Positions 27,760 to 37,637 of a stretch of DNA of 64,000 bases are shown here, in pieces. A program made the translations under genes and the position numbers. Positions within the stretch are counted from its first letter, which is position 1; each line of letters begins with the position of its first letter. The DNA comes from a bacterium (GTDB lineage Bacteria; Joyebacterota; Joyebacteria; Joyebacterales; Joyebacteraceae): the NCBI GenBank assembly GCA_025782395.1, contig JALGZD010000218.1, positions 4,876-68,875 of the forward strand, read 5' to 3'. The notes beneath the pieces are model-generated. The model made no database searches and had not been told where the DNA came from. It saw only the letters and a list, made by a program, of their open reading frames with translations.

Positions 27760-29091
27760 CTATTCGTACCTCAGTGACTCGATTGGATCGAGTTTCGCTG
27801 CCTTCGACGCTGGATAGAAGCCGAAGAAAACGCCGACGGATATGGACACGCCGAGTGCGAGGACGATCGACCAGAGCTCCATCGACGCCGGTATCGGCGT
27901 TGCAGAGGCGATCACCTTCGTCAAGCCTATGGCCGCCAGAAGGCCGAAGAGACCCCCGATGCCGGAGAGCACAGCAGCTTCAACGAGGAACTGCGCGAGC
28001 ACGTCGCGCGACCGCGCGCCCACGGCCTTCCGGATCCCGATCTCCCTCGTGCGCTCGGTGACGGAGACCATCATGATGTTCATGATGCCCACGCCGCCGA
28101 CGACGAGCGCAATCGCAGACACACCGATCATTACAATCCAAGTGACTTTGGTCAAGTTCTCATACATCTCCGTCAGTTGTGATTGCGTGATGATCTCGAA
28201 GTTGTTGCGTTCCTCCGGCCTCAGTCCTCGACGAATCCTGAGGACAGTCTCGACCTGTTCAAGCGCAGCATCGAGCGCTTCTCCGCTTCCGGCTTTGACT
28301 GAGAGCCTGGTCATCAGCTTAGAACCGTACAGCTTGCTGACTGTCCTGAACGGAATGATTACGTAGTCGTCGAGACTCTGACCAAACATCTCTCCCATCG
28401 GCCTCATTACTCCAACCACACGGAAGCGTCTGTTGCCCACGAGAACAGTCTGGCCTATGGGATCCCGCTCGCCGAAGAGATGCTCGGCCACCGGATGCCC
28501 GAGCACGGCCACCTGCCGCTTGCGGTCCGATTCCGGCCACGCGAAGAAGCGACCGTCGCCCAGGTCTGTGTCCGAGACGTACTGATACTCCGGAGTCACA
28601 CCGAGAACGCCTATTGCCTTTGTGGATCTCGATCCGCGCTTGATCTTTCTGAGAACGATCGCCTGAGGGGAAACGGCGACTACCGCCGGGCACTGCTCAG
28701 CGATCGCCTCGGCGTCCGCGTACGTGAAGTCGGGACGTCTCATGAACTCAAGGTACTCGGCATAATTGAAGTTGCCGGCCGGCATCTTCGTCACGACAAA
28801 CGAATTGGTGCCCATCGAGCTGAACAGGTCCGCGACGCTCCGGTTGACACCGGAGATGATGCCGACCATGCCGACGACATTCATGACGCCTATCAGAATG
28901 CCGAGCGAGGTGAGAAGAGAACGCATGCGATTCGCTCGAATGGTCTTGAGGGCAGACACCACGCTCTCGAGAAAGCTGCTCGTCGGCAGGAGCCATCCGC
29001 TCGCTTCCGCCCGCGCTTCGCCCCCGCCACCGCCGGCACTGCCGTGCAACACCCGCGTCGTCTTTCTGATCTTGTCTTGTTCGCTCATCAT
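27760..29091 (-). CDS. ABC transporter permease, MacB/FtsX family
   Basis: 443 aa. N-terminal TM, periplasmic MacB_PCD-like domain, three C-terminal TMs. Confidence 0.8.
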   Translation of the reverse strand: MMSEQDKIRKTTRVLHGSAGGGGGEARAEASGWLLPTSSFLESVVSALKTIRANRMRSLLTSLGILIGVMNVVGMVGIISGVNRSVADLFSSMGTNSFVVTKMPAGNFNYAEYLEFMRRPDFTYADAEAIAEQCPAVVAVSPQAIVLRKIKRGSRSTKAIGVLGVTPEYQYVSDTDLGDGRFFAWPESDRKRQVAVLGHPVAEHLFGERDPIGQTVLVGNRRFRVVGVMRPMGEMFGQSLDDYVIIPFRTVSKLYGSKLMTRLSVKAGSGEALDAALEQVETVLRIRRGLRPEERNNFEIITQSQLTEMYENLTKVTWIVMIGVSAIALVVGGVGIMNIMMVSVTERTREIGIRKAVGARSRDVLAQFLVEAAVLSGIGGLFGLLAAIGLTKVIASATPIPASMELWSIVLALGVSISVGVFFGFYPASKAAKLDPIESLRYE

Positions 29092-30299
29092 TCGTAGGTC
29101 AGCGCCTGTATAGGATTGAGCCGTCCCGCTCTGATGGCCGGATAGACCCCGAAGACGATACCGGTCATCAGCGAGAATGCGATGGCCAGTCCCACGGCCC
29201 CGGGAGTTGTGGCCGCCGGCAGGGGTGTCGCGACGCGGACGAGGAGACCGATTCCAACTCCCCCACCTATGCCGAGAGCACCTCCCGATGCTGTAAGGAT
29301 GACCGACTCGATCAGGAACTGAGACGTCACATCACGCCGGCGGGCTCCGATAGCCTTCCTCACACCAATCTCCCTGGTGCGCTCTGCTACCGATACGAGC
29401 ATCACGTTCATGACGCCGATGCCACCGACGAGCAGCGCCAGTGCGACGATGCCTGTCATTGCGAAGTAGAGAACACCCGTGAGCTGCTTGTAGGAGGAGG
29501 TCAGATCCTCCTGCGTGTTGACGGCAAAGTCGTCAGGATTGTCCCGCGGAACCTGTCTCCGGACCCGCATGAGCGCACGGATGTCATCCATGGCGCGTTC
29601 CATGGGCACGCCATCCGCCGGCTGGCAGTCCACAACGACCGACCTCCGCGAACCGAAGGCTTTCCTGAACGTCGTGATGGGAATGATCACATGCTCGTCA
29701 AGGCTCTCACCGAAGATGTCACCCTTCTCCTCGAGGATCCCGATGACCAGGAACTTCTTTCCCCCGACATGCATGTCCTTCCCGAGGGGGTCCCGGAGGC
29801 CGAACAGTTTCTCTGAGACATCCGAACCGATGACGACAACCTGGCGCCTCCGCTCGACATCGAACTGAGTAATGAAGCGTCCGGACTCTACAGAATAGTT
29901 GTCGATCGTCTCATACTCGGGTGTGGTCCCGGAAACGTGCACACGCCTCACGCTCTCTCTGCCGTACGACATGCCCCGTCTGGTATGTATGTTGGGAGCC
30001 ACAAGGCCGATTGAGGGCAGACCCGCGATCGCGTCCGAATCGTGCACGGTGATGTTCTTGCGGTTTCGGTACTCGTCGGAGTCGCCCATCTGTACCCACG
30101 GGTATTTGCTGACGGAGATGATGTCGGTTCCGACCGACTGGAACTGCACGGCAACACTCTGGTTGAGCCCGGCGATAAGCGACATCACGGCGACGAGCGA
30201 ACCGGCCCCGATGATGATCCCGAGCATTGTGAGAGCAGACCGCATCTTGTGCGAGCCGAGCGTCCTCAGCGCGCTCAGGAAGGTCTCGCGCAACTCCAT
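29088..30299 (-). CDS. ABC transporter permease, MacB/FtsX family (second copy)
   Basis: Same architecture as its neighbour. Start placed at MELRETF (30299), abutting the ATPase stop. Confidence 0.8.
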   Translation of the reverse strand: MELRETFLSALRTLGSHKMRSALTMLGIIIGAGSLVAVMSLIAGLNQSVAVQFQSVGTDIISVSKYPWVQMGDSDEYRNRKNITVHDSDAIAGLPSIGLVAPNIHTRRGMSYGRESVRRVHVSGTTPEYETIDNYSVESGRFITQFDVERRRQVVVIGSDVSEKLFGLRDPLGKDMHVGGKKFLVIGILEEKGDIFGESLDEHVIIPITTFRKAFGSRRSVVVDCQPADGVPMERAMDDIRALMRVRRQVPRDNPDDFAVNTQEDLTSSYKQLTGVLYFAMTGIVALALLVGGIGVMNVMLVSVAERTREIGVRKAIGARRRDVTSQFLIESVILTASGGALGIGGGVGIGLLVRVATPLPAATTPGAVGLAIAFSLMTGIVFGVYPAIRAGRLNPIQALTYE

Positions 30300-30300
30300 G

Positions 30301-31026
30301 TCACGCCCCCTCGAACAAGCCGGCAGACCGCGAACGTGTGACCCCGCCGGTCGCGCGCTCATCACTGGAAATCAGCCCATCGTGCAACCTGATGATCCTC
30401 TTCGCGTGCTCGGCTATGTACTCCTCGTGAGTGACGAGGATGATCGTGTTCCCGACCCTGTGAAGTCCCTCGAAAACCTGCATGATCTCTTCGCCCGTCA
30501 CGGAGTCCAGGTTTCCGGTGGGTTCGTCCGCGAGGATAATCGAGGGGCTGTTGATGAGGGCTCTTGCGATAGCGACGCGCTGGCGCTGTCCGCCCGACAA
30601 CTCATTCGGGCGGTGCGTCGCCCGCTCACTGAGACCGACTGCGTCCATGACGGTCCAGACGCGCTCAGCCCGCGTCCGTCTGTCCGCCTTGCTGTAGATA
30701 AGCGGCAGTTCGACGTTCTGGAAAGCAGTCATTCTCGGAAGCAGATTAAAGGTCTGGAAAACGAAACCTATTTCGGCGCTCCTGATCTCCGCCAGCTCGT
30801 CGTCATCGAGATCCCCCACCTCCCGATCCTTCAAGCGATATGAGCCCGAGGTGGGGGTGTCCAGACAGCCGATGACGTTCATCAGCGTCGACTTGCCGGA
30901 GCCGGATGGTCCCATGATAGCAAGATACTCGTTCTTCTCAATGGAGAGCGAGACGCCCCCGAGCGCGTTGACCTTCTCAGTTCCGACTTCGTAGATCTTG
31001 GTCACGCCCTCAAGCTGGATCAGCAC
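30301..31026 (-). CDS. ABC transporter ATP-binding protein (MacB-type ATPase)
   Basis: 241 aa. Walker [10 protein letters not shown], signature [15 protein letters not shown], Walker [12 protein letters not shown]. Confidence 0.9.
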   Translation of the reverse strand: MLIQLEGVTKIYEVGTEKVNALGGVSLSIEKNEYLAIMGPSGSGKSTLMNVIGCLDTPTSGSYRLKDREVGDLDDDELAEIRSAEIGFVFQTFNLLPRMTAFQNVELPLIYSKADRRTRAERVWTVMDAVGLSERATHRPNELSGGQRQRVAIARALINSPSIILADEPTGNLDSVTGEEIMQVFEGLHRVGNTIILVTHEEYIAEHAKRIIRLHDGLISSDERATGGVTRSRSAGLFEGA

Positions 31027-31029
31027 GGG

Positions 31030-32268
31030 CTACTCCTTCCCATCATCCGACGAGTCTTTCTCGTCTATCTTGAGAGCAGCGCCGTTCTTGAGATTCCTGA
31101 GGACCTTGTACGGCCCGGAGACCACCCTCTGCCCTTCCTCCAGTTCTCCCTCAACTTCGAGGCTGAGATCGTCGGCAACCCCTGTCACGACGGGCACGAA
31201 ACGGGCCTCGTCGTTCCCCTCGACGATGAATACACCCTCGAGCTCCTTCTCATCCTTCCGCTCGCTTCTCTTGAGTTTCGGCTCGGTCTTGTCCTTGTCC
31301 TTGTCCTCCTCCAGCTCGGAAGGCGTACGGGAGACCACTGCCTGGATAGGAACATTGAGCACATCCGCGTGCTCCGCAGTCACGATACTCACCGTCGCCG
31401 TCATGCCCGGCTTGAGCCCAGGGTGAGCATCGTCAAGGAGAACGGTCACGAGGAAGTTCGTCACCTCCTCCTGAGTCCCGGCCATACCGGTGATCCCCGA
31501 GTTGCCGACCTCAGTAACCGTCCCGACCAGGGTTGTGTCGGCAAGAGCCTCCACCTCCACCTCGGCTTTCTGACCGATGGCGACGTCAACGATATCCGTC
31601 TCGTCGATCTCGATCTGCACCTCCATGTGAGACATGTCGGAGATCGTCATTATGACGGTGCCGGGAGCGTTCATGGTTCCTGTGACGACGTTCTCGCCCT
31701 CCTCAACATTCAGGCGCGTCACGACACCGGAGATCGGAGAGTAGAAAATCGTCTTGTTGAGCTGGTCCTCGGCCGCCCTCAGTGATGCGAGCGCCTCCTG
31801 GTACGTCTGACGGTAGGCGACGGCAGTCGCCCGAACCTCATCGCGCTCACGTTCAGAGACCAACCCGGCAGCGAACTGTTCCTCATAGTCCGACAGATCA
31901 CGCTCCGCGGTCGAGAGCTGAGCCTGAGCCCGCTGGACGCCGGCCTTGGCCTGCTCGACTCGTGACCTGTGGTAAACATCATCCAGCGCGAGAAGGAACT
32001 CGCCCTCCTCCACGGTATCGCCCTCGTCGACACCGAGCCGCACTACCTTGGCCATGACGCTTGAACTGATCTGAACCTTGGTCTCAGCCCTTACTCTGCC
32101 GGGTCCTGACACCTTGGCAACAAGGTCTCCGCGCTCGACCTCCTCGACTGTGACCTTGGTTCTGTCCTTCCTGTCAATGCCGAGGTTGGCAAAGAGAGCA
32201 GCCGCAATGACGATCGCGACCGCGACAAGGATGATAGTGTTCCTTCGTTTGCTGGCCATGAACCACAC
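31030..32268 (-). CDS. efflux periplasmic adaptor (membrane fusion protein, HlyD/MacA family)
   Basis: 412 aa. N-terminal TM anchor, coiled-coil hairpin, beta-barrel/lipoyl-like segments. Confidence 0.85.
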   Translation of the reverse strand: MWFMASKRRNTIILVAVAIVIAAALFANLGIDRKDRTKVTVEEVERGDLVAKVSGPGRVRAETKVQISSSVMAKVVRLGVDEGDTVEEGEFLLALDDVYHRSRVEQAKAGVQRAQAQLSTAERDLSDYEEQFAAGLVSERERDEVRATAVAYRQTYQEALASLRAAEDQLNKTIFYSPISGVVTRLNVEEGENVVTGTMNAPGTVIMTISDMSHMEVQIEIDETDIVDVAIGQKAEVEVEALADTTLVGTVTEVGNSGITGMAGTQEEVTNFLVTVLLDDAHPGLKPGMTATVSIVTAEHADVLNVPIQAVVSRTPSELEEDKDKDKTEPKLKRSERKDEKELEGVFIVEGNDEARFVPVVTGVADDLSLEVEGELEEGQRVVSGPYKVLRNLKNGAALKIDEKDSSDDGKE

Positions 32269-32301
32269 CCCCGGATGCTCTGTGTGTTTCCCTGCGCCTG
32301 G

Positions 32302-33603
32302 CTAGTAGCCGAGCACCGTCCTGAGCTCGGCTTCTGCGATCTCGTGGTCGTAGCGTGCTTCGATCAGACCTGCTCTCGCCCGCGAGTAGGCCAACCTCGC
32401 GTAGATAAGATCGAGCATGCTCGCAGCGCGAAGACGGAATCGCTCCTCAGAGATCCTGAGCTCCTCGCCCGCCTGTTCCACGACCTTCTCCGACACCCTT
32501 ATGTTCCGACGCTGCTCGATCACGCTGATGCGCGCAGTCTCGATCTCGTATGCGGCATAGAGCCTTGTGTCCCGCAATGAAAGCTCGTAGCTCCTCAGGC
32601 TCGCCCTGCTGTTGTCGATGCTCGCCTTGGTCGCGAGGCCGTCAAAGATAGGCAGGGACAGGCTCAGGCCGAGCGAACGTGTGTAGTCCTCATCGTAGTT
32701 CTCCCCGAGATCACCCAAGGTATTCCCGCCTGTTCCGTACGATGCAGTGAGAGAGAGCGACGGCAGACGACCCGCCTTTGCCGCAGAGAACGATCTTCTG
32801 GCGGCCTCGAGCGCTTCCTCCTGTGCACGCACGTCCGGACGGCGCTTGAGCGCCGTTTCCACATCGAAGTCGATAACCTCGTTCTCGGTGAGCTCGGCAG
32901 GATCGGTAACCTCTATCTCTGTGCCGATGTCGATGCCGATAGTATACAGAAGCCAGAGAGAGGCCGTGCGCACGCCCGAATCCGCCGCGATCCGCGCCAG
33001 CTCGGCTTGCCCGACCTCGACTTCGGCCTTCAGGTAGTCCGATTTCGAAGCTGACCCCAGCTTGTAGAGACTGTCGGCCTTTCTCAGCTGCTCCTTAGCC
33101 AGATCGAGCGCTTCTTCCTGCACCTCAAGGAGTTTTTCGGCCTTGAGCAGTCCATAGTAGGCTCGTCTCGTCGCCAACGCAGCATTACGTCTCGACGACT
33201 CCAGCGAGTGAGCGGCCCCGCTCCTGGTGTGGCGAGCACCGGAGATCCCCGAGAATGTGCCCCAGTCGAAGAGCGTCTGCCTCAGATTGATGTCGCCACC
33301 GTAACTCTCGCTTCCGGTCTTCATTCCCCCAACGGCGGTCGTGACATCGCTGTAGGACAGGCTCGCGGAGACGTGCGGAAGAATGCCCGACCAGCTCGAC
33401 ATCAGTCCCGCATCTGCGCTTGACAAGCTCGCCTGCGATTTTGCGAGCGAAATGTTGTTTGCGTCAGCGATCTCGAGACACTCGTCCAGTTCATAGATGC
33501 GAGCGTCGACGTCCGTCACCGGAGCAACCATGAGTCCGGCTGCTACGACGAGGAAACCGAGAGTCCGCCGGGGATTCACTCTAGCCCGAAACACCGAATC
33601 CAC
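32302..33603 (-). CDS. TolC-family outer-membrane efflux protein
   Basis: 433 aa. Two OEP repeat halves. Heads the efflux operon. Confidence 0.8.
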   Translation of the reverse strand: MDSVFRARVNPRRTLGFLVVAAGLMVAPVTDVDARIYELDECLEIADANNISLAKSQASLSSADAGLMSSWSGILPHVSASLSYSDVTTAVGGMKTGSESYGGDINLRQTLFDWGTFSGISGARHTRSGAAHSLESSRRNAALATRRAYYGLLKAEKLLEVQEEALDLAKEQLRKADSLYKLGSASKSDYLKAEVEVGQAELARIAADSGVRTASLWLLYTIGIDIGTEIEVTDPAELTENEVIDFDVETALKRRPDVRAQEEALEAARRSFSAAKAGRLPSLSLTASYGTGGNTLGDLGENYDEDYTRSLGLSLSLPIFDGLATKASIDNSRASLRSYELSLRDTRLYAAYEIETARISVIEQRRNIRVSEKVVEQAGEELRISEERFRLRAASMLDLIYARLAYSRARAGLIEARYDHEIAEAELRTVLGY

Positions 33604-34384
33604 CTCCTGGTAGCATTGCGATGAGTGCCGACATGACGAGCCAGGCGAGCACCACGACGGTCGCGGCCTTGCTCTTCGAAACCCTGTATCCGATGGCCAG
33701 ACCTATGATGAGAATGACAAGCCACCATATCGAGAACAGGTCAAAGCCCGTGAAGAGGAACTTGTAGAGCTTGTCGGACGGCTCCAGTGCGGGAAGGAAG
33801 ATCGTCGGACCCAGTTCAACGAACATCGTCTCCTTGGAGATCATTATCGGGAGCTTCACAAGACTCCCGATGGTAGTGATGATCATGCCGTACCCGACTA
33901 CGGCGCGCGCGTTTCTGAACGAGCCTTTTCCGCCGACCATACGGAAGAGCAGATGGAAGATGCCGGCGATCACAAAGAGCATCGCAAACGTCTGGACCGC
34001 CGCGCCGATGACAGCGGACGGAATCGCGAATTTGGATGCCATGGAGAGTGCCATCTCAGCATCCTCCGGGCTACCTCCACGCTCGACGATCGATGCGCGG
34101 ATCGCCTCCGCCTGCATCGGCATCACGATGTGGGGGACGATGTACAGGGAGATCGCGATCGCGACGACTGCGGCAACGACGACTGGAAGCCACCAGTTCG
34201 TGTGGTCTCGTGTCTTGTCGGGATTGGCTGGTTCCTTGACTGCCACGTTCCCGGCGATCTGCGTGAACGTATCGCCCGGATCGACCACGACTCCGGCCAT
34301 CCATCCCCATGGATTGGGGCGATTGCCTGTAGGCGTGCGCTCAGGAACGACTGTGGTCCCTCCGTCCATTTCTCTGTTCGACAT
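33581..34384 (-). CDS. Yip1-family-like integral membrane protein
   Basis: Five predicted TM helices after a ~60-aa N-terminal domain. Start at ATG 34384 (MSNREM...) with a consensus SD (ACAGGAGGAGAAATG). Confidence 0.45.
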   Translation of the reverse strand: MSNREMDGGTTVVPERTPTGNRPNPWGWMAGVVVDPGDTFTQIAGNVAVKEPANPDKTRDHTNWWLPVVVAAVVAIAISLYIVPHIVMPMQAEAIRASIVERGGSPEDAEMALSMASKFAIPSAVIGAAVQTFAMLFVIAGIFHLLFRMVGGKGSFRNARAVVGYGMIITTIGSLVKLPIMISKETMFVELGPTIFLPALEPSDKLYKFLFTGFDLFSIWWLVILIIGLAIGYRVSKSKAATVVVLAWLVMSALIAMLPGGGFGVSG

Positions 34385-34607
34385 TTCTCCTCCTGTGTCT
34401 CGCCCGAGACGCCAAGCGGCTGTTCCGCCACCAATGACCACCCTGCTGTGGGCGGCGCGGCATCTCTCAGGCCTTCTGCCATCCCCCTGAAATAGACAAG
34501 AGGGCAGCGGCTCGGGCCCGCGCTGCCCTCTTTGACACACACAACCTCATTGTGGTTTCATGCACCAAGGCTTTTCGACGCACACCGTGCGCCTGTGCCC
34601 AGCCGGG

Positions 34608-35240
34608 CTACCCTCTGAGCTCAAACCTGATCGGCACAGCGATCTGCACCGGGACAGCGATGTCTCTCTGTTTGGCCGGTCTGAACTTCCATTGGTAGAC
34701 GGCGTCGAGTGCCGCCTGATCGAGGCCGGGCACCGACGACAGGATTTTCGCTTCCACCACATTCCCGAACTCGTCGATCCCGATCTGCACTTGCACCACA
34801 CCCTCCTGCTCCGCCTCCCTCGCCATGTCGGGATACACCGGCATAACCTGCTTGATAAGCTCAGGTGGATCATCGTACGACAGGAAGAATGTTGGTCTCG
34901 TCGGCGCCGGAGGAAGCTCCGGCGGAGCATCGACGTCCAGCTCCGTCGTCGCGATCGTCTCTTCCGCAGCTGCGTCGTCACTCGGTGCGATCTCCGTGAC
35001 GATCTTCTTCTTCACCTCTTCCACAGGGGGCGGCGGAATCTCGAACTGGTCCGGAATCGCTATCGCCTCGATCGACTGTTTCTCACGAAGCCGATACGGA
35101 CGGATCTTGAGTTCCGGGACCGTGAGGAAAGCCACGACGTGCACAACGATCGCGATCAGGAACGCATTCCTGAACATCCTGGCATACGAATCCTTGAGGC
35201 GCTGCTCTGCCGTCATGTGCACCAACATATATGGACTCAT
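34608..35240 (-). CDS. tonB: energy transducer TonB
   Basis: 210 aa. N-terminal TM, Pro-rich spacer (PPPPVEE, PPELPPAP), C-terminal TonB domain. Confidence 0.8.
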   Translation of the reverse strand: MSPYMLVHMTAEQRLKDSYARMFRNAFLIAIVVHVVAFLTVPELKIRPYRLREKQSIEAIAIPDQFEIPPPPVEEVKKKIVTEIAPSDDAAAEETIATTELDVDAPPELPPAPTRPTFFLSYDDPPELIKQVMPVYPDMAREAEQEGVVQVQIGIDEFGNVVEAKILSSVPGLDQAALDAVYQWKFRPAKQRDIAVPVQIAVPIRFELRG

Positions 35241-35301
35241 TCTCTCACGCCTTTCACTTCATCTTCTTCCGGTCACTGAAGTCCGGGCGACCCCGATCCC
35301 A

Positions 35302-35709
35302 CTAGCTCTCTTCCAGCGCTGTAGTGAACGAGACGCTCAGAGCGTTCGCTCGCTTCAACTGCTCCATCGCATCGTCCATCACTCCGTACGGTGCATTCGA
35401 ATCAGTGTTGAATGCGATGATGAGCGCCGGATTCCCCCGCAGCTTTGCCAGCACGAGAGGTTCGATATCGCTCATGCCAACTACGAGATCATCGATAGCG
35501 ACAGTCCCCGCAGCGTCTACCCAGATGTGAGCTATCTTCTCCCTCGGAATCTTCTCACCGGCCTCCGTCCTCGGCAACGAAATCGGCAGCCCTTCCTCAA
35601 GCTTGAAGATCGTAGTGACCATGAAGAAGATGATCAGCAGGAACGCGATATCCGCCATGGAAGATGTCGGAATCCTCGCTCCACTTCCCTCTTTTCTTCT
35701 CAGGTCCAA
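35302..35709 (-). CDS. exbD: biopolymer transport protein ExbD/TolR
   Basis: Track ORF 35302..35868. Start placed at TTG 35709 (GGAGGT 5 nt upstream), giving (M)DLRRKEGS...MADIAFLLIIFFMV, 136 aa. Confidence 0.75.
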   Translation of the reverse strand: MDLRRKEGSGARIPTSSMADIAFLLIIFFMVTTIFKLEEGLPISLPRTEAGEKIPREKIAHIWVDAAGTVAIDDLVVGMSDIEPLVLAKLRGNPALIIAFNTDSNAPYGVMDDAMEQLKRANALSVSFTTALEES

Positions 35710-35725
35710 TTGATACCTCCAACTG

Positions 35726-36178
35726 CTATTCCAATTCGAGTTCGAGCGCCTTGAGCGCGATGCGTTTCTCTCGCTTTGTGCCGGCCTGCGCGAGTTCGTC
35801 GTACACGACCCAGACAGCATCCAGCACCTCAACCATGCTCGCATACGGCGCGTCGGGATGAGTCTCAATCGAAATGATCAGATTCTCATTGTCTGCCAGT
35901 CGCTCCTTCAGGAGCACCTTGATCTGCGGCAACTCGGTGGCCGTCTTCTCAAGGTTGATGAAGTGAGCACCGCTCCTCGCGGTCACGACCTGCATGACGT
36001 TCTCGCGCTTGATCTGCTTCACGTCGCCCGACGCGCTCGGCAGGATCAGCGGAAGACCGATCTCCGGAAACGTCGTGCTGACAATGAAAAAGACCAAGAG
36101 CAGAAAAGCGACATCGGACATAGCCGAATCACCGACCATATCGGCAGATATTTTTGACCTTCTGCTGAACATTGCCAT
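35726..36178 (-). CDS. exbD: biopolymer transport protein ExbD/TolR (second paralog)
   Basis: 150 aa. ...MSDVAFLLLVFFIVSTTF TM, then periplasmic ExbD domain. Confidence 0.75.
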   Translation of the reverse strand: MAMFSRRSKISADMVGDSAMSDVAFLLLVFFIVSTTFPEIGLPLILPSASGDVKQIKRENVMQVVTARSGAHFINLEKTATELPQIKVLLKERLADNENLIISIETHPDAPYASMVEVLDAVWVVYDELAQAGTKREKRIALKALELELE

Positions 36179-36217
36179 TCGAGGACCTTCCTCGCGTTGC
36201 GGACAGCTGTTACCCTG

Positions 36218-37066
36218 CTACTTGCTGATCAGATTCATATCGTGCAAGGTATCGAGCATCTCGGAAGCGCTGTCCTCCATCTCGACCACGAAGCGGTCGA
36301 TGCGCTGGACGTACAGGTTGTGCGCGATCTGGAACGGAATCGCAATCACAAGACCTGTCATGGTGGTAATCAGGGCCTCCGAAATACCGCTGGCGACGAG
36401 CTTCGCGCTGACCTGCTCTGCCTGGGCGATCGCTTCGAATGCCGAGATCATTCCCGAAACCGTTCCCAGGAAACCGAGAAGCGGAGCGACGTTAGCGACG
36501 GTCGCGAGAAGAATCAGTCCTCTTTCCAGGAACGACATCTCAATAATGCCGGCCGTTTGGATGGACTTCTCTATCGATTCTGCGTCCTTGCCCTTCTCGG
36601 CCTTCAGAAGACCTGCATGAAGAATCTGCGGGATTGGGCCACGGGTGTCGGCGCAGATTGCGAGGGCATCATCCGTCTTGCCCTTCTTCAGAGCGCCCAC
36701 TACACCTTCCATAAGCTTGCGGACGTCGGTGCTGGCCTTGTGAAGCGTGATGCCTCTCTCGATGGTAACGGCCAGGCCCAGAATCGAAAGCGCCAGAAGC
36801 GCCCACATGAACCTGCCGCCCTTATTGAAGAACCTGACGAGACCGCTTGTACGGAAGCCGCCGCCGGAGGTTGTCTCGACGACCGGCGCGGCGGGCTCTT
36901 CCATCACAGCTGCCAATGAATCAACGGCCGTGGTATCTACCAATGCGGTGTCGACGGCGGTGGTCTCCGCCATCGTCGCTGCACCACCCTCCATCTGCGC
37001 ACTTGCCGGTCCGGCCAGCATCAGGGCTGTCAGCACGACTGGAATGACGTAGAGGACTCTTCTCAT
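36218..37066 (-). CDS. exbB: MotA/TolQ/ExbB proton-channel protein with N-terminal signal peptide and Ala/Thr-rich periplasmic extension
   Basis: 282 aa. Signal peptide (ALMLAGPASAQ), ~70-aa low-complexity region, then three TMs. Confidence 0.8.
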   Translation of the reverse strand: MRRVLYVIPVVLTALMLAGPASAQMEGGAATMAETTAVDTALVDTTAVDSLAAVMEEPAAPVVETTSGGGFRTSGLVRFFNKGGRFMWALLALSILGLAVTIERGITLHKASTDVRKLMEGVVGALKKGKTDDALAICADTRGPIPQILHAGLLKAEKGKDAESIEKSIQTAGIIEMSFLERGLILLATVANVAPLLGFLGTVSGMISAFEAIAQAEQVSAKLVASGISEALITTMTGLVIAIPFQIAHNLYVQRIDRFVVEMEDSASEMLDTLHDMNLISK

Positions 37067-37419
37067 TACTCTGATTCCCCCCTCTGTGCCACGCCCCTAC
37101 CGTGGGTCCGGGCGGGCAGACTCTAATGCTCGGGTGAGCCGCATCATCCGGGCTCAGCATCATCTTCAGGGGCCTGGCAAAGACCCCGGCCTGCACTAAG
37201 TCCCAACTCCCTCCTGTGCATCTTGCCTGACAACCGCAGGGAGTCCGGTCGCACACTCTCTCATGGTATGGTCAGGAGCCGGGACAGTTACCCTGAGCTC
37301 CACCTGTTCCGAATTCTACAAACGTGTACTCCCGGTGTCAACCGAATTGTGCCCTTCCGGAATCGTCTAACCTCTTGCGGGATACGTAATCGCACAGTCT
37401 GGAGGGACGGTTTTTGGTA

Positions 37420-37447
37420 TTGACATGTGTCCCCCTGACGGTATAAT
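37420..37447 (+). promoter_or_regulatory. near-consensus sigma70-type promoter (TTGACA-16 nt-TATAAT) with a long (~185 nt) structured leader before the lipoprotein gene
   Basis: TTGACA at 37420-37425 and TATAAT at 37442-37447 seen directly. A G/C-run hairpin (CCCCCCCGTTCCAAGG...CCTTGCGGGGGG) follows at 37458-37496. Confidence 0.35.
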
Positions 37448-37637
37448 GAGCGTGCGGTCCCCCCCCGTTCCAAGGTGAATCCTTGCGGGGGGAATGGTTA
37501 TTCGGTCTCTGCACGTCGTGCGATCTCTGCTGTGTTCATCTTCGACAGACAGGGTTGCAGGTGTAGAGTCCATTGAACCAGCCCCCAAGACAAGTGCGCA
37601 CCTTTACCACAATCAGAGTACGGAGGGACAGACAATC

